Origin: Candidatus Dojkabacteria bacterium
Lineage (GTDB): Bacteria; Patescibacteriota; Dojkabacteria; JAHIVN01
DNA length: 46,969 bases
Assembly: GCA_028696515.1 (NCBI GenBank)
Contig: JAQVGX010000001.1
Span: forward strand, 1 to 46,969
Direction of reading: 5' to 3'
In this document: positions 35,461-45,900 of the stretch, one piece after another
How positions within the stretch are numbered: the first letter of the stretch is position 1
How the letters are laid out: each line of letters starts with the position of its first letter
Made by a program: the position numbers and the translations under genes
Notes under the pieces: model-generated
Told to the model about the DNA's origin: nothing
The model's input: only the letters and a program-made list of their open reading frames with translations
Database searches by the model: none

Positions 35461-36831
35461 ATGAGAAAAAAGTTGGGAAAATTCGCAATATTAACGTCTG
35501 GGTTAGTACTTTTTTTGCAAATCTTTATGATTGCAGAAAACTTTACAGTTGAAGCTGCCACTATCACAGTAACCACAACTGCTGACGAATTCGGGCCAGG
35601 AAATGATTGTTCATTGAGAGAAGCTGTTCAGGCTGTGAATTCTGGGAGCCCGTATGGAGGATGCCCTGCTGGAGACGGATCAAACGACACCATCACACTA
35701 CCCGCGGGAACATTTACTCTGACGCTTGTTGGTAAAGATGAAGATTTAAATGCTACTGGAGATATTGATATAAGTGCAGATGTAACTATCATAGGAGCTG
35801 GAGCTAGCCAGACTATCATTAGCGGAAATGCAGGAGGGACAGCTGATGCTGACAAAGATAGGGTTTTCCATATAGCGGATAACGTAAGCGTGGAATTTTC
35901 AGATGTCACAATTCAAGATGGATACTATGAGAAGAGAAACGACCCGTTTAACTATACTGGATGGATTCATGGAGGAGGTATACTCTCGGGAGATGGATCT
36001 TCACTAAGAATCATAGATAGCGTAGTGCAAAATAATACAATACTCCGCGAAGACTCTCAAGCTTATGGCGGTGGAATATCTATTAGTGACGAAGATACAA
36101 CACTCCACATTGAAAACTCAAGTATTATCAATAATGAGCTTATCTTAGAAGATACAGACAAGGATGGATCTATGGGAGGTAGAGCTGCGGGTATAAGTGT
36201 CGAAGACATTTACGAAGGTATTGGCGATGATAATTCGGCTGGAGTAGATATTACAATCATTGATTCCGAAATAAGTGATAATACAGCTACTTGCGATATA
36301 GAACCTCCTGCTCTCTCCAGCTGGGCGTTCATAGAGGGCGTAGGATTGGAAGTGGATTATGTAAGAAGTTTCAGCATGGCAGACTCTCATATTAACAATA
36401 ATACAGCATATTTAAGAGATGGATATGTTAGTGCCTGGGGACCTGGGTTATTAATCTGGAGACTTGTGCAGGGAGGAACTATTCCTCAAATTTATGACTC
36501 CACAATAAACGGAAATACCTCCACAACTATTTCAGAAACTGACGTACTTGGATACGGAGCTGGTATTCTAAGTTATATTCCAATGGAAATAACAAGGACA
36601 CAGATAAATGGAAACGGACAAAATGTTACTTCTGGATGGGAATATGTTGAAAATTGGGGAGGAGGAATATTTATTGATGGCGGATCTGTTTCACAAACCT
36701 CGATAATTCGTCAGTGCACAATAAGCAATAACTATATCGATGTATCTATCGATACTGATTCTTCAGCAATGATTTTTGGGGCTGGCATATACCTAGATGG
36801 AGGAACCGTCGAAATTTCAACAACACGATAA
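35461..36831 (+). CDS. CSLREA/beta-helix surface protein, N-terminal segment (same gene as 36906-38018, interrupted by a frameshift)
   Basis: Signal peptide MRKKLGKFAILTSGLVLFLQIFMIAENFTVEA. CSLREA at 35608-35625. Collinear with aa ~2110-2500 of the giant ORF. It stops at ...VEISTTR* where the paralogue reads ...IELTNNTISGNE. Confidence 0.75.
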   Translation: MRKKLGKFAILTSGLVLFLQIFMIAENFTVEAATITVTTTADEFGPGNDCSLREAVQAVNSGSPYGGCPAGDGSNDTITLPAGTFTLTLVGKDEDLNATGDIDISADVTIIGAGASQTIISGNAGGTADADKDRVFHIADNVSVEFSDVTIQDGYYEKRNDPFNYTGWIHGGGILSGDGSSLRIIDSVVQNNTILREDSQAYGGGISISDEDTTLHIENSSIINNELILEDTDKDGSMGGRAAGISVEDIYEGIGDDNSAGVDITIIDSEISDNTATCDIEPPALSSWAFIEGVGLEVDYVRSFSMADSHINNNTAYLRDGYVSAWGPGLLIWRLVQGGTIPQIYDSTINGNTSTTISETDVLGYGAGILSYIPMEITRTQINGNGQNVTSGWEYVENWGGGIFIDGGSVSQTSIIRQCTISNNYIDVSIDTDSSAMIFGAGIYLDGGTVEISTTR

Positions 36832-36905
36832 GCGGAAATTGGATAGACTTCAACTGGAATACTCATGACCCCTTCCGTTGGGAGGAGATATTTGGAGGCG
36901 GTATT

Positions 36906-38018
36906 ATGAATTGGGGAGCCGAAGTTGAGCTCTCCTTTAATACTATAGCCAATAACTCTGTACCGGAAACCTACTTTTTAATTCCTCCCGAAACAAATCC
37001 CCAAAAACTTGGAAGCGGATACTTCGAATGGGGAACAACAGTTATGAAATCAAATATATTTGACAATGACCAAGACGGAAATCAAAACTTTTTTGACGAA
37101 TCAGTTTACTGGGATGTTCCTCCATCTCCAAATACAACCTCACTAGGATACAATATCGATAGCGATAATTCTCTAATTAGCGTGATAACACCAGGTACAG
37201 AAGACCTGTATGATGATCCCGAGATTGATCCTTTGGCAGATAATGGAGGCACATTGTATACCCATGCACTTCCATTGACTAGTCCAGCCTTAGATTATTC
37301 TACAGACTGTACAGATGCTGGAGGTACTCCTGTCACAACAGATGAACGCCTTATCTCCCGTCCAATAGATGGTGATGAAAATGGTTCAGCCGTGTGTGAC
37401 AGCGGAGCATATGAATACAACCCCGAGCAATCGGTACCTTATTGCGGAGATGGAAACCTTGACGATGGAGAAGAATGTGACGACGGCAATAATCAGGATG
37501 GAGATGGGTGCAGTGCAACTTGTGAATTTGAAGAAGGAATTTTTCACAACTGTAACGAACACCTTGATTTTACATTTGATTATAACTTTGGTGATCCCTC
37601 TTGGTGGGATAGCGGCAATGCTCCTCCTGAAGATATAGACTGTATCTGGGAACAGACACAGGGGACTCAAACAATTCTATTCGATCCTGAAGCTGAAACT
37701 ATCACCGCCGGTACAGACAGCTCATATCCTCTCAGCATTTCTACTTCAATTGAATTTGAGAACACACCAACAAACAGGAATGAGACTTATGGGACACGAG
37801 CTGTATGCGGAACATGGATCAGCCCTGAAGAAACTTTCCTTGCTTCGGAGAAAATAGATTGCTGTGAGGACAGTATCATCCCGTTCTTACCCAAAACAGG
37901 AGAATTACCGAGTACATACAATCTTGATCTAAGTACCAGATACTGGGTCATGCTTGGGATCAATCTTATTCTTCTTGGTTTTTCATCCAAGATTTTAATT
38001 GACTATTTCAAGAAATAG
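36906..38018 (+). CDS. CSLREA/beta-helix surface protein, C-terminal segment with Cys-rich repeat and LPKTG anchor
   Basis: This frame is open and homologous upstream of the listed Met (NNTISGNWIDFNWN...). It has one CGDGNLDDGEECDDGNNQDGDGCS repeat. LPKTG at 37887-37901, then a TM helix and KK tail. Confidence 0.75.
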   Translation: MNWGAEVELSFNTIANNSVPETYFLIPPETNPQKLGSGYFEWGTTVMKSNIFDNDQDGNQNFFDESVYWDVPPSPNTTSLGYNIDSDNSLISVITPGTEDLYDDPEIDPLADNGGTLYTHALPLTSPALDYSTDCTDAGGTPVTTDERLISRPIDGDENGSAVCDSGAYEYNPEQSVPYCGDGNLDDGEECDDGNNQDGDGCSATCEFEEGIFHNCNEHLDFTFDYNFGDPSWWDSGNAPPEDIDCIWEQTQGTQTILFDPEAETITAGTDSSYPLSISTSIEFENTPTNRNETYGTRAVCGTWISPEETFLASEKIDCCEDSIIPFLPKTGELPSTYNLDLSTRYWVMLGINLILLGFSSKILIDYFKK

Positions 38019-38044
38019 ACTAGGGAAACTTACTCTTATTTAAC

Positions 38045-39442
38045 TTAAGTCGTGGGAACACCTGAAAAAGGAGATACTGTAGCTCCCCCTTGATAGTCAA
38101 GAGGAACATCAACATTTATCACACCTCTTTTTGCATCCACCTTCATAAGACTATCATGAAAAGCCAGCTTGTCTTTTGGCACTAAACCGGAAGGAAACTT
38201 GTACCCTGTTGCAGAAGCAAGTAAAAGATAATCATTTTCCGGAACAAAGAACTGAAAAATACCATTTCTGTTTGCAATCTTTGAATCTACTAGCTCATTA
38301 TTCTCCGACTTGTAGAGCTTGACAAAACTAGGTGCTACCGGAGCTTTGGTTCCGCTGTCGTAGACATATCCCCATGCTCTTGGTTTCTTAGTCTCCCCAA
38401 GCAGTTTTAAAGACAAGAGGATAAAGTAAAGAATAGCAAACAATAAGTTGACAAAGTTAAATCTCAGAACTGTAACAAATAGATTTACTACAAACATAAA
38501 CGAAAGCATAAAGAAATTCCCCTGAAGAACAAAGGTTCTTAGTTTGACAAAAATTAATTTAAGAAACTGAAAGCTGATTCTAAATTTCTGGTCTTTAGAA
38601 TCAAGCGGGATGCTAAAATCGATTGTTGTATCATTCTGAATTGTAAATTCTCCGCCGGTGTATATATAACCCATTTTGTCTGAGTAGGTTGACTTGATTG
38701 AGCTTGATGGAAAAGAATATTCTTCATGTTGAACTTCTAATCTATATGTTCCCAACGAGACAGGGAATCCGTAACGGCCCTCCAAATCTGTAACAGTAGA
38801 CGCGATGAGAGTATTTGACTCTGCATCAAGAAGTCTTACGACAGCAAATGGAATAGGCTTGCTACCGCTTGAATCATATACCACGCCCCATAATCTTTTT
38901 AGAGATTTCTTTCCTAAGAAAGCTTGACTTACAAGACCAAATATACTGGCAGCTGTCGTGTTTGGGATAGAAAGTAGGGAAAGTACACTTAAAACTTGCA
39001 AACCTACGCCAGTTCCAACCACTATTTCTGTTGTGTTTACTGGATCACTTACAGTCTCAACAACAGACTTAAGTGCTTTATAAATAAATATATCTTCGCT
39101 GACACTGATTTTAATATCCCCGTCATTTTTAAAAGTTAAGCTTCTAACATCCATTATGGAAACAGTATTTGAAGAATTATTCTCATCACCAATTATTTGA
39201 TCATTTTCCAACTTGAAATCGCTATCGAGTTTCAATAATAAAGTTGCCCCATCTATCACCAAATCGGTTTCAGAGCAATCAAACTTCCCATCAATCATCT
39301 TATCCTGAGTCCAGATTGTATCTTTATTTATAGTTTCTTTTGAAGGACATTGATCAGCAGCATAAACATTACTGCTAAAATAGGAGAATGCCAACGAAGA
39401 TAAAAAGAACGTTATAATAAAGATGGCAGTATTTATTCTCAT
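38045..39442 (-). CDS. Polytopic membrane protein with two carboxypeptidase-regulatory-like (CarboxypepD_reg) domains
   Basis: Signal peptide MRINTAIFIITFFLSSLAFSYFSSNVYA. Several TM helices. Two copies of the G(V/Y)VYDS....P(I/V).....V(R/K)L.......(I/V).S...(D/N)..G.(Y/F).F pattern. Confidence 0.7.
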   Translation of the reverse strand: MRINTAIFIITFFLSSLAFSYFSSNVYAADQCPSKETINKDTIWTQDKMIDGKFDCSETDLVIDGATLLLKLDSDFKLENDQIIGDENNSSNTVSIMDVRSLTFKNDGDIKISVSEDIFIYKALKSVVETVSDPVNTTEIVVGTGVGLQVLSVLSLLSIPNTTAASIFGLVSQAFLGKKSLKRLWGVVYDSSGSKPIPFAVVRLLDAESNTLIASTVTDLEGRYGFPVSLGTYRLEVQHEEYSFPSSSIKSTYSDKMGYIYTGGEFTIQNDTTIDFSIPLDSKDQKFRISFQFLKLIFVKLRTFVLQGNFFMLSFMFVVNLFVTVLRFNFVNLLFAILYFILLSLKLLGETKKPRAWGYVYDSGTKAPVAPSFVKLYKSENNELVDSKIANRNGIFQFFVPENDYLLLASATGYKFPSGLVPKDKLAFHDSLMKVDAKRGVINVDVPLDYQGGATVSPFSGVPTT

Positions 39443-39523
39443 AATATTCCTTATTGCATTCGGTTTAGTTTACATCTATAATTTATAATATACTGACTTT
39501 AAATGCAATAAAGACTGCTCGGG

Positions 39524-42500
39524 ATGCTTGAACCTCAAATCGATCAAACAAACTATAGTCCTGAAAGAAAGCTCAAAATCGAAAATTTGGCAATATTTGT
39601 AGCACTGAGCGTCATCATTATTATTCTTTTTTTGTTACTCCGTGAGCCGGCAACCAATTTTGTTGAATCGATTGTAGAAAACGAACCATCGAAAGAAGAT
39701 CAACCTGAATCAGCAGTTAGCAGTTCAAAAACCATTGCTGAATACATAGGTGAGCTAAAAGAAGGAAATGCTATTACACTCACACCTACTATAAATGTAC
39801 TTGGAAATGTCATCAACGAAGAGGTAACAATTAACGACCTACCCGACACCGGTGAAGATGACCCTTGGGTAAATGTTATTGGCGACACGATGACAGGAGA
39901 TCTGACGATAACTGGGGGAGCTAACCTAATTCTTACTGATTCCGAAGACCTTGTTTTCAGCAACGTTTCACTCAAATCCTCACTTTCCAGACAAAACAGC
40001 GGAGCTTTCTTTGTAGGAACATTTGATGAATATGTCAATAGTGACAGCACCAACGTACAAGATGTGATGGATGATTTGGATGAAGCCATTGGCAGCCTTC
40101 AAAATAGAGTCGTTTATTGGAACGAAGCTTATAGCTGGGGAGACCACAGTATTGTTGGATATTTGACAGAAGAATCCGAAGAAACAGATCCTGTTTGGAC
40201 AGAAGCTGAGTCAAGCTACTTCAACATATCTGAAAACGAGTTAATTACTGGGTGGCCAAACTTTGCCGGGGGTCAGAGCGGTATAAGAGCACCTTTTAGA
40301 GTTGACAGTACATTTCTTGTGACAAATCTTAACGCTGATCTTCTCGACGGCTATCATGCCTCTGACTTTATGGGAGAAGGCGTAGATCTTTGGGTTGACG
40401 AGACAGGAGATACTATGTCTGGAATCTTAAATATGGGAGGTTACAGGATCGAAAATATAGCGGTACCAAACTCAAATGATGACGCAATTGATTTCGGCTC
40501 TGCTGAATCAAACTATATAAACGATGGAGCAGGAGAAATCAACGCTGTTGGAGATTTTAACTTTGCCGCAACAACTAATATCACAAATCTAAGCGCTGAT
40601 TATCTAGACAGCCAGGACAGCAGTTACTATCGCAATGTATCAAACATTAACGCCGGAACCTTAGGAAGTGCTTACTTCAGTGCATACTCAGATCTAAATG
40701 CCGAAGGATACGTGCCCGCTTCATCTACTACGATATGGACCAATACTAACGACGGGGCTGGCAGCGGACTTGACGCTGATCTGCTTGACGCTCAGACAGG
40801 CACCTACTATACAAACGCTTCCAATATAAACTCGGGCACATTGGGCACTGCTTATTATAGTGCATATGCTGATCTTACGGCCGAAAACTACCTGAATAAT
40901 GATGCCGGGACAGATCTACTGACACAAACCCAGTTAGATGGAAGATACATCAATAACACCGGAGATACTATGACTACCGCCGGATTGCCATTTTCCGGTA
41001 TTACAACTGATATTTATACTCCGAGCGGTGAAGCGCTTACTCTAAGTGCTCCTGGCGCACAAGATATAAATTTATACACAGGTTCAGGAGTAATAGGCAT
41101 AGGAACGACAACCTCTCTCGTTGAAGTTTCAAATGTATCGACTGCCTATTCTGATCATAAAGATCTCCTTATCAGATCAACCGGAACCAACCAGGCAACA
41201 TATTTTCGTGTTGCCCCAAATGGTACCCCGCCCGATTCAATTATATGGTCAACTGTGCAGGTCTTTGCTACAGACTGGTCAGCTGACCAGTCAAATGTTG
41301 AAGCCGTTGAGATGAGATTTAATCGGGATGCAGACGGCGCTCCAGGAAATCAATCAATTTTTCAAATTAACACCTATGCAGGAGGAACAGGAACCCTGCA
41401 TCCCCTTGCAATAACAGTAGACGATGAAGCATATAAAGGAATCTTCATCGATACCGGAGCAAATGTTGGTATTGGTTCAACTTCCCCTGCGCAAGAACTT
41501 GACGTAGAAGGAGACATCCAGCTCGATGCAAACGAGTCTGCAACTACAAATGGTTTATGTCATTCTGGAGCCAACTCGGATACAACTTTCACAGATCGCA
41601 ATATAGTAGCATGTTCATCAACCCCTGGTGATATAGCTGAATGGTATGACACAAAGGATGCCGAAGCCGGAGACATTGTATATACAACAGGTGAAAAAAT
41701 TACCTATATATCACCGGCTGTCAACGCCGAAACCGGAGAAGTTCTAAATCAGAATGAAAAGTTAACTGCAAGTATACTGGCAAAAAGCAACCGTCCTTAC
41801 CAAGCAAATATCTTGGGAGTAGTATCAACCTCTCCTTACGAATCTTTCGGCAAGGCTATCAATAAATATTCTTCAAACCCCAATCCTATAGCACTTACAG
41901 GACGCGTCCCAGTGAAAGTTGTCACTTACAACGGAGCTATAAAGCCGGGTGACCCTATCACAGCAAGCAGTATAGCTGGGGTAGGTATGAAAAGCACTAA
42001 ACCAGGGCATATCATTGGAATAGCATTAGACCATTATGACAGTATCAACCCTTATAAAGTTGGTAAAATACTGGTTTCCATCAACCTCAGCTGGTATGAG
42101 CCTGAGAGTTATCTCAAAAAGGTAAACGAAACAATTCAGGCATATGATATGTTGAGTACGCAGGGACAAATTGATATATTACCGGATCTCAATATAACCG
42201 ACACTTTAACAGCCAAAAATGCTTCAATCTTGTCGATTCAAGTGAAAGATATAACTGTTCAGAATAATCTTGAAGTTTCAGGAGTACTAACATCGAGGTC
42301 GATAAAAGCAGATACAATAGAATCTGCATTCTCCAAAAGTATCATTATCAAGCTGTCAGACCACTTGGGTAATACAGCATTCGAAGTACAAAACGATCAG
42401 AGCGAAAAAGTATTCAGCATTGATAGTAACGGAAAGATTTATATACTATCAGATTCTTCCAATACTTCTGTAGGATCAACAGTTTTATCTCCTGGAAATG

Positions 42501-42682
42501 AAGAGATAAGAGTAGAGACTAAGGCAGTAACATCTGACTCAAAGATATTTATTAGCCCGATTTCCACTTCTTCGATTCCGCCGAACGTATGGATTAAAGA
42601 AAAGGGAATTGGATTTTTCATCATCCGGCAAGAGGAAGTATCTGATCAAAACCTTGTGGTTGATTGGTGGGTCATCAATTAG
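39524..42682 (+). CDS. Membrane-anchored tail-fibre-like protein, paralogue 1 (1052 aa)
   Basis: N-terminal TM LAIFVALSVIIIILFLLL. LPDTGE at 39839-39853. GDTM(T/S)G three times, NADLLDGYHASDF, GANVGIGSTSP. C-terminal DIAEWY...AGDIV...ILGVVSTSP...LTGRVPVKV domain. Ends DWWVIN. Confidence 0.85.
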   Translation: MLEPQIDQTNYSPERKLKIENLAIFVALSVIIIILFLLLREPATNFVESIVENEPSKEDQPESAVSSSKTIAEYIGELKEGNAITLTPTINVLGNVINEEVTINDLPDTGEDDPWVNVIGDTMTGDLTITGGANLILTDSEDLVFSNVSLKSSLSRQNSGAFFVGTFDEYVNSDSTNVQDVMDDLDEAIGSLQNRVVYWNEAYSWGDHSIVGYLTEESEETDPVWTEAESSYFNISENELITGWPNFAGGQSGIRAPFRVDSTFLVTNLNADLLDGYHASDFMGEGVDLWVDETGDTMSGILNMGGYRIENIAVPNSNDDAIDFGSAESNYINDGAGEINAVGDFNFAATTNITNLSADYLDSQDSSYYRNVSNINAGTLGSAYFSAYSDLNAEGYVPASSTTIWTNTNDGAGSGLDADLLDAQTGTYYTNASNINSGTLGTAYYSAYADLTAENYLNNDAGTDLLTQTQLDGRYINNTGDTMTTAGLPFSGITTDIYTPSGEALTLSAPGAQDINLYTGSGVIGIGTTTSLVEVSNVSTAYSDHKDLLIRSTGTNQATYFRVAPNGTPPDSIIWSTVQVFATDWSADQSNVEAVEMRFNRDADGAPGNQSIFQINTYAGGTGTLHPLAITVDDEAYKGIFIDTGANVGIGSTSPAQELDVEGDIQLDANESATTNGLCHSGANSDTTFTDRNIVACSSTPGDIAEWYDTKDAEAGDIVYTTGEKITYISPAVNAETGEVLNQNEKLTASILAKSNRPYQANILGVVSTSPYESFGKAINKYSSNPNPIALTGRVPVKVVTYNGAIKPGDPITASSIAGVGMKSTKPGHIIGIALDHYDSINPYKVGKILVSINLSWYEPESYLKKVNETIQAYDMLSTQGQIDILPDLNITDTLTAKNASILSIQVKDITVQNNLEVSGVLTSRSIKADTIESAFSKSIIIKLSDHLGNTAFEVQNDQSEKVFSIDSNGKIYILSDSSNTSVGSTVLSPGNEEIRVETKAVTSDSKIFISPISTSSIPPNVWIKEKGIGFFIIRQEEVSDQNLVVDWWVIN

Positions 42683-42882
42683 TATAGGGAGAGATAGTAA
42701 TGATAATCCTATGACAGGGAAATGTTGACAAATTACATAGGCAAGGAAAAAGACAAAGCAGCCAGTTTGTTCTTCAAGTAAGGAAATACTTTAATCCTTA
42801 ACACATACCCGTCTTTCAAGCGGACCTCCCAACCTAACTCCAATGACTAAATCAACTCAATCAACACAGCCCTCAAATGATA

Positions 42883-42911
42883 TTGTAATGTCTCCCTTAA
42901 CTCTCTATAAT
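42883..42911 (+). promoter_or_regulatory. Sigma70-like promoter of paralogue 2
   Basis: TTGTAA (42883-42888), 17-nt spacer, perfect TATAAT (42906-42911), 41 nt before ATG 42952. Confidence 0.4.
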
Positions 42912-42951
42912 AATTAATAAATAAGTGAAGAAAACACCTTTTACTGCCTCT

Positions 42952-45900
42952 ATGAAGGAACAGAGTACAAACAATAAGTTGATTATTATAGCAGGACTGG
43001 TTGTTCTCGTTCTCATACTAGCATTACTTCTAAAACAACCAATTACGAGCCTCGTTAATCCATCAGCGCAGGACGATTCTTCATCTGATATCGAGGGGAC
43101 TCAAAGCAGAACAGTTACAGAGTATATCACCGAACTTAAAGAGGGCAAACCTTCTACCTTTACTCCAAAAATAGAAGTTCTCGGAGACGTTATTTATGAA
43201 GATTACTCTACAACCACTCTCCCAGAAACAGGTGAAACTACCATAGATGACATTTGGGTAAATACAACTGGTGATACTATGACTGGAAACCTCTCCATCA
43301 CCAAAGACGGTACTCTTGTTCTGCCCAGAATTGAATCTTTGATTTTTAATTCATCTACCTTAGGGGATACTAACTCAGCCTCAGACAGTGGTGCATTTCT
43401 GATAGGTGCTTTTGATGAATTTACAAACAGTGACAACACAAATGTTCAAGCCATTCTTGACGATCTTGATAAGGCTATTTCAGATCTGGAATCGTCTATA
43501 CCTTCTATAACTGAATCCGATCCTATTTTTTCAGCCAGTCCAGCTGCCTCAATTACGAATACATACATTTCTCATTGGAATGCAGCTTATTCTTGGGGTG
43601 ACCATGCCCTGATAGGTTACCTCACCTCAGAGTCTGATCCTGTTTGGACAGCAGCTGAACCCAGCTACTTTAATAGAACCCAGAATGAAACCGTAACCGG
43701 AATTCCTAGTTTCAATGGAGGTCTTAGCGGAAGTACAGCACCTTTTACAGTTGACAGCACATATATGATTTCAAATCTAAATGCCGACCTTCTTGATGGC
43801 TATCATGCTGCCGATTTTATGGGCGGAGGTATTGATCTGTGGATTGATGAAACAGGTGATACTATGCTTGGAGATTTGATACTAAGCGGAGCTGATATTA
43901 ACATTGGAACTAACAATTTAATAACCGGATCTAACTCTCTTTCTTCTTCTGAGTTAGATATTCTTGATTCTGGAATCAACTTTTCAGAGCTTAGCGGCAC
44001 ACTTGGCGATACTCAGATATCAGTAGGAGCCGTGGACTTGGATACGACTGAAGTAGCTGGAATACTTCCGATAGCAAACGGTGGCACCAATGCATCCTCA
44101 TATACGACAAATGAATTCCTCTGGTACAACGGAACAAGAATAGTATCAAGCGGATATGATCAAAACGATTTTATGCCAGCTGTTACCGACAATTGGGTAG
44201 ATGAGGCGGGAGATACTATGACTGGAACACTTATCTTCTCTGGGGTTGCTACTGATATAACAACTGCAGGCGGAGAGGCAATTACTATATCTGCACCTGG
44301 AGCTGGTCACATAATTTTGGATGCAGGAACTGGAAATGTAGGGATTGGTACCACCAATCCTTTAGCAACACTTGATCTTCAGGGGGATGGAATAATCCGA
44401 GGAGATCTTGTAATACGTGAAACGACACCGGATACTGAAGCTTGGGACTCTATCAGTACGATAAATGCTCCACTAGCAAGAGACAGTCATTCAGCAGTCT
44501 GGACCGGCAGCGAAATGATTATCTGGGGTGGGAGATATAGTTCTGGAGCTTATAATACGGGAGGTATTTACGATCCAGAAACGGACTCCTGGACAGCAAC
44601 AACTACCACAGCAGCTCCTACCGCAAGACAAGTACATGCGAGCATATGGTCAGGTAGTAAGATGATTATACTTGGAGGTCTTAGTGGAGGCGGATCTTGT
44701 CTAAGTTCAGGTGGTATCTATGATCCTGGCACAGACAGTTGGACAGCAACATCAACTACTGGTGCCCCAACTGATATATCAGACAAAACTACCATATGGA
44801 CTGGCAACAAATTCATAGTCTGGGGAGGAGTTTGCTCAGATCTCAATACTGGATCTATCTATGATCCTATCTTGGATACATGGACTTCAATTTCGACATC
44901 AGGGGCACCTACAGCCAGATCAGGACATACCGTAGTCTGGACCGGAAAGAAAATGATAGTTTGGGGAGGCATATCTGGAATCAACTATTTAAATAGTGGC
45001 GGAATGTACGATCCGGAAACAGATACCTGGACAACTATTACAACGACCGGAGCTCCATCAGCAAGAGCAGTCCCTGAACTAGTCTGGACAGGAGACAAAG
45101 TAATAGTCTTTGATGGGTTCAACTACAACTTTAATCCCTCTTCTCCTTCCTGGGGTGGTATCTATGATCCTGAAACCAATAGTTGGCTCTCAGTATCCTT
45201 TGGATCAGGAAGAGAAAGTGGTGCAGTTGTCTGGACAGGAAATAGAATGACCAGATGGGGAGGCATGACAGCAACTCCGGCAACAGTTTCCGGCACAGGT
45301 GTCATTTACGATATAGAAACAAACTCACTCGTATCCATGCTTGATGTAGGAGATCCATCAGCAAGATATGCACATACAGCGATTTGGACCGGAAACCAGA
45401 TCATCATATGGGGAGGAAACACATCATATGGTTATTTAAACGATGGAGGTATATATACATCACCTACAGAGAAAGGTGGAAAGCTTTATGTACAAGGAGA
45501 GGCTACCATCGATGACAATCTTTTTGTAAGTAAAACAATAACTGCTGGGGGAATTCACAGTGAGGGCGGAGCAGATATAGCAGAGTACTACCCCACAATT
45601 GATCCATCTATCGAAGCAGGAGATGTAGTCTCAATCAGCGATAATACTCAGATAGAAAAATCAAATACATTATACGGGTCAAAATTAATTGGGGTCGTAT
45701 CGACTAACCCGGGTGTTACCTTATCATCAAAAGAGACAAACCCTTCATCAAAAGAGTATCGTCTTGTAGCACTTGCCGGAAGAGTGCCAGTAAAATTTAC
45801 TACAGAGAACGGCACAGTAAAAGGAGGAGATTATCTAGTTTCTTCTTCTACGCCGGGAACAGCTATGAGTGCCTGCGGACCCAAATACTGCATGAGCGGA

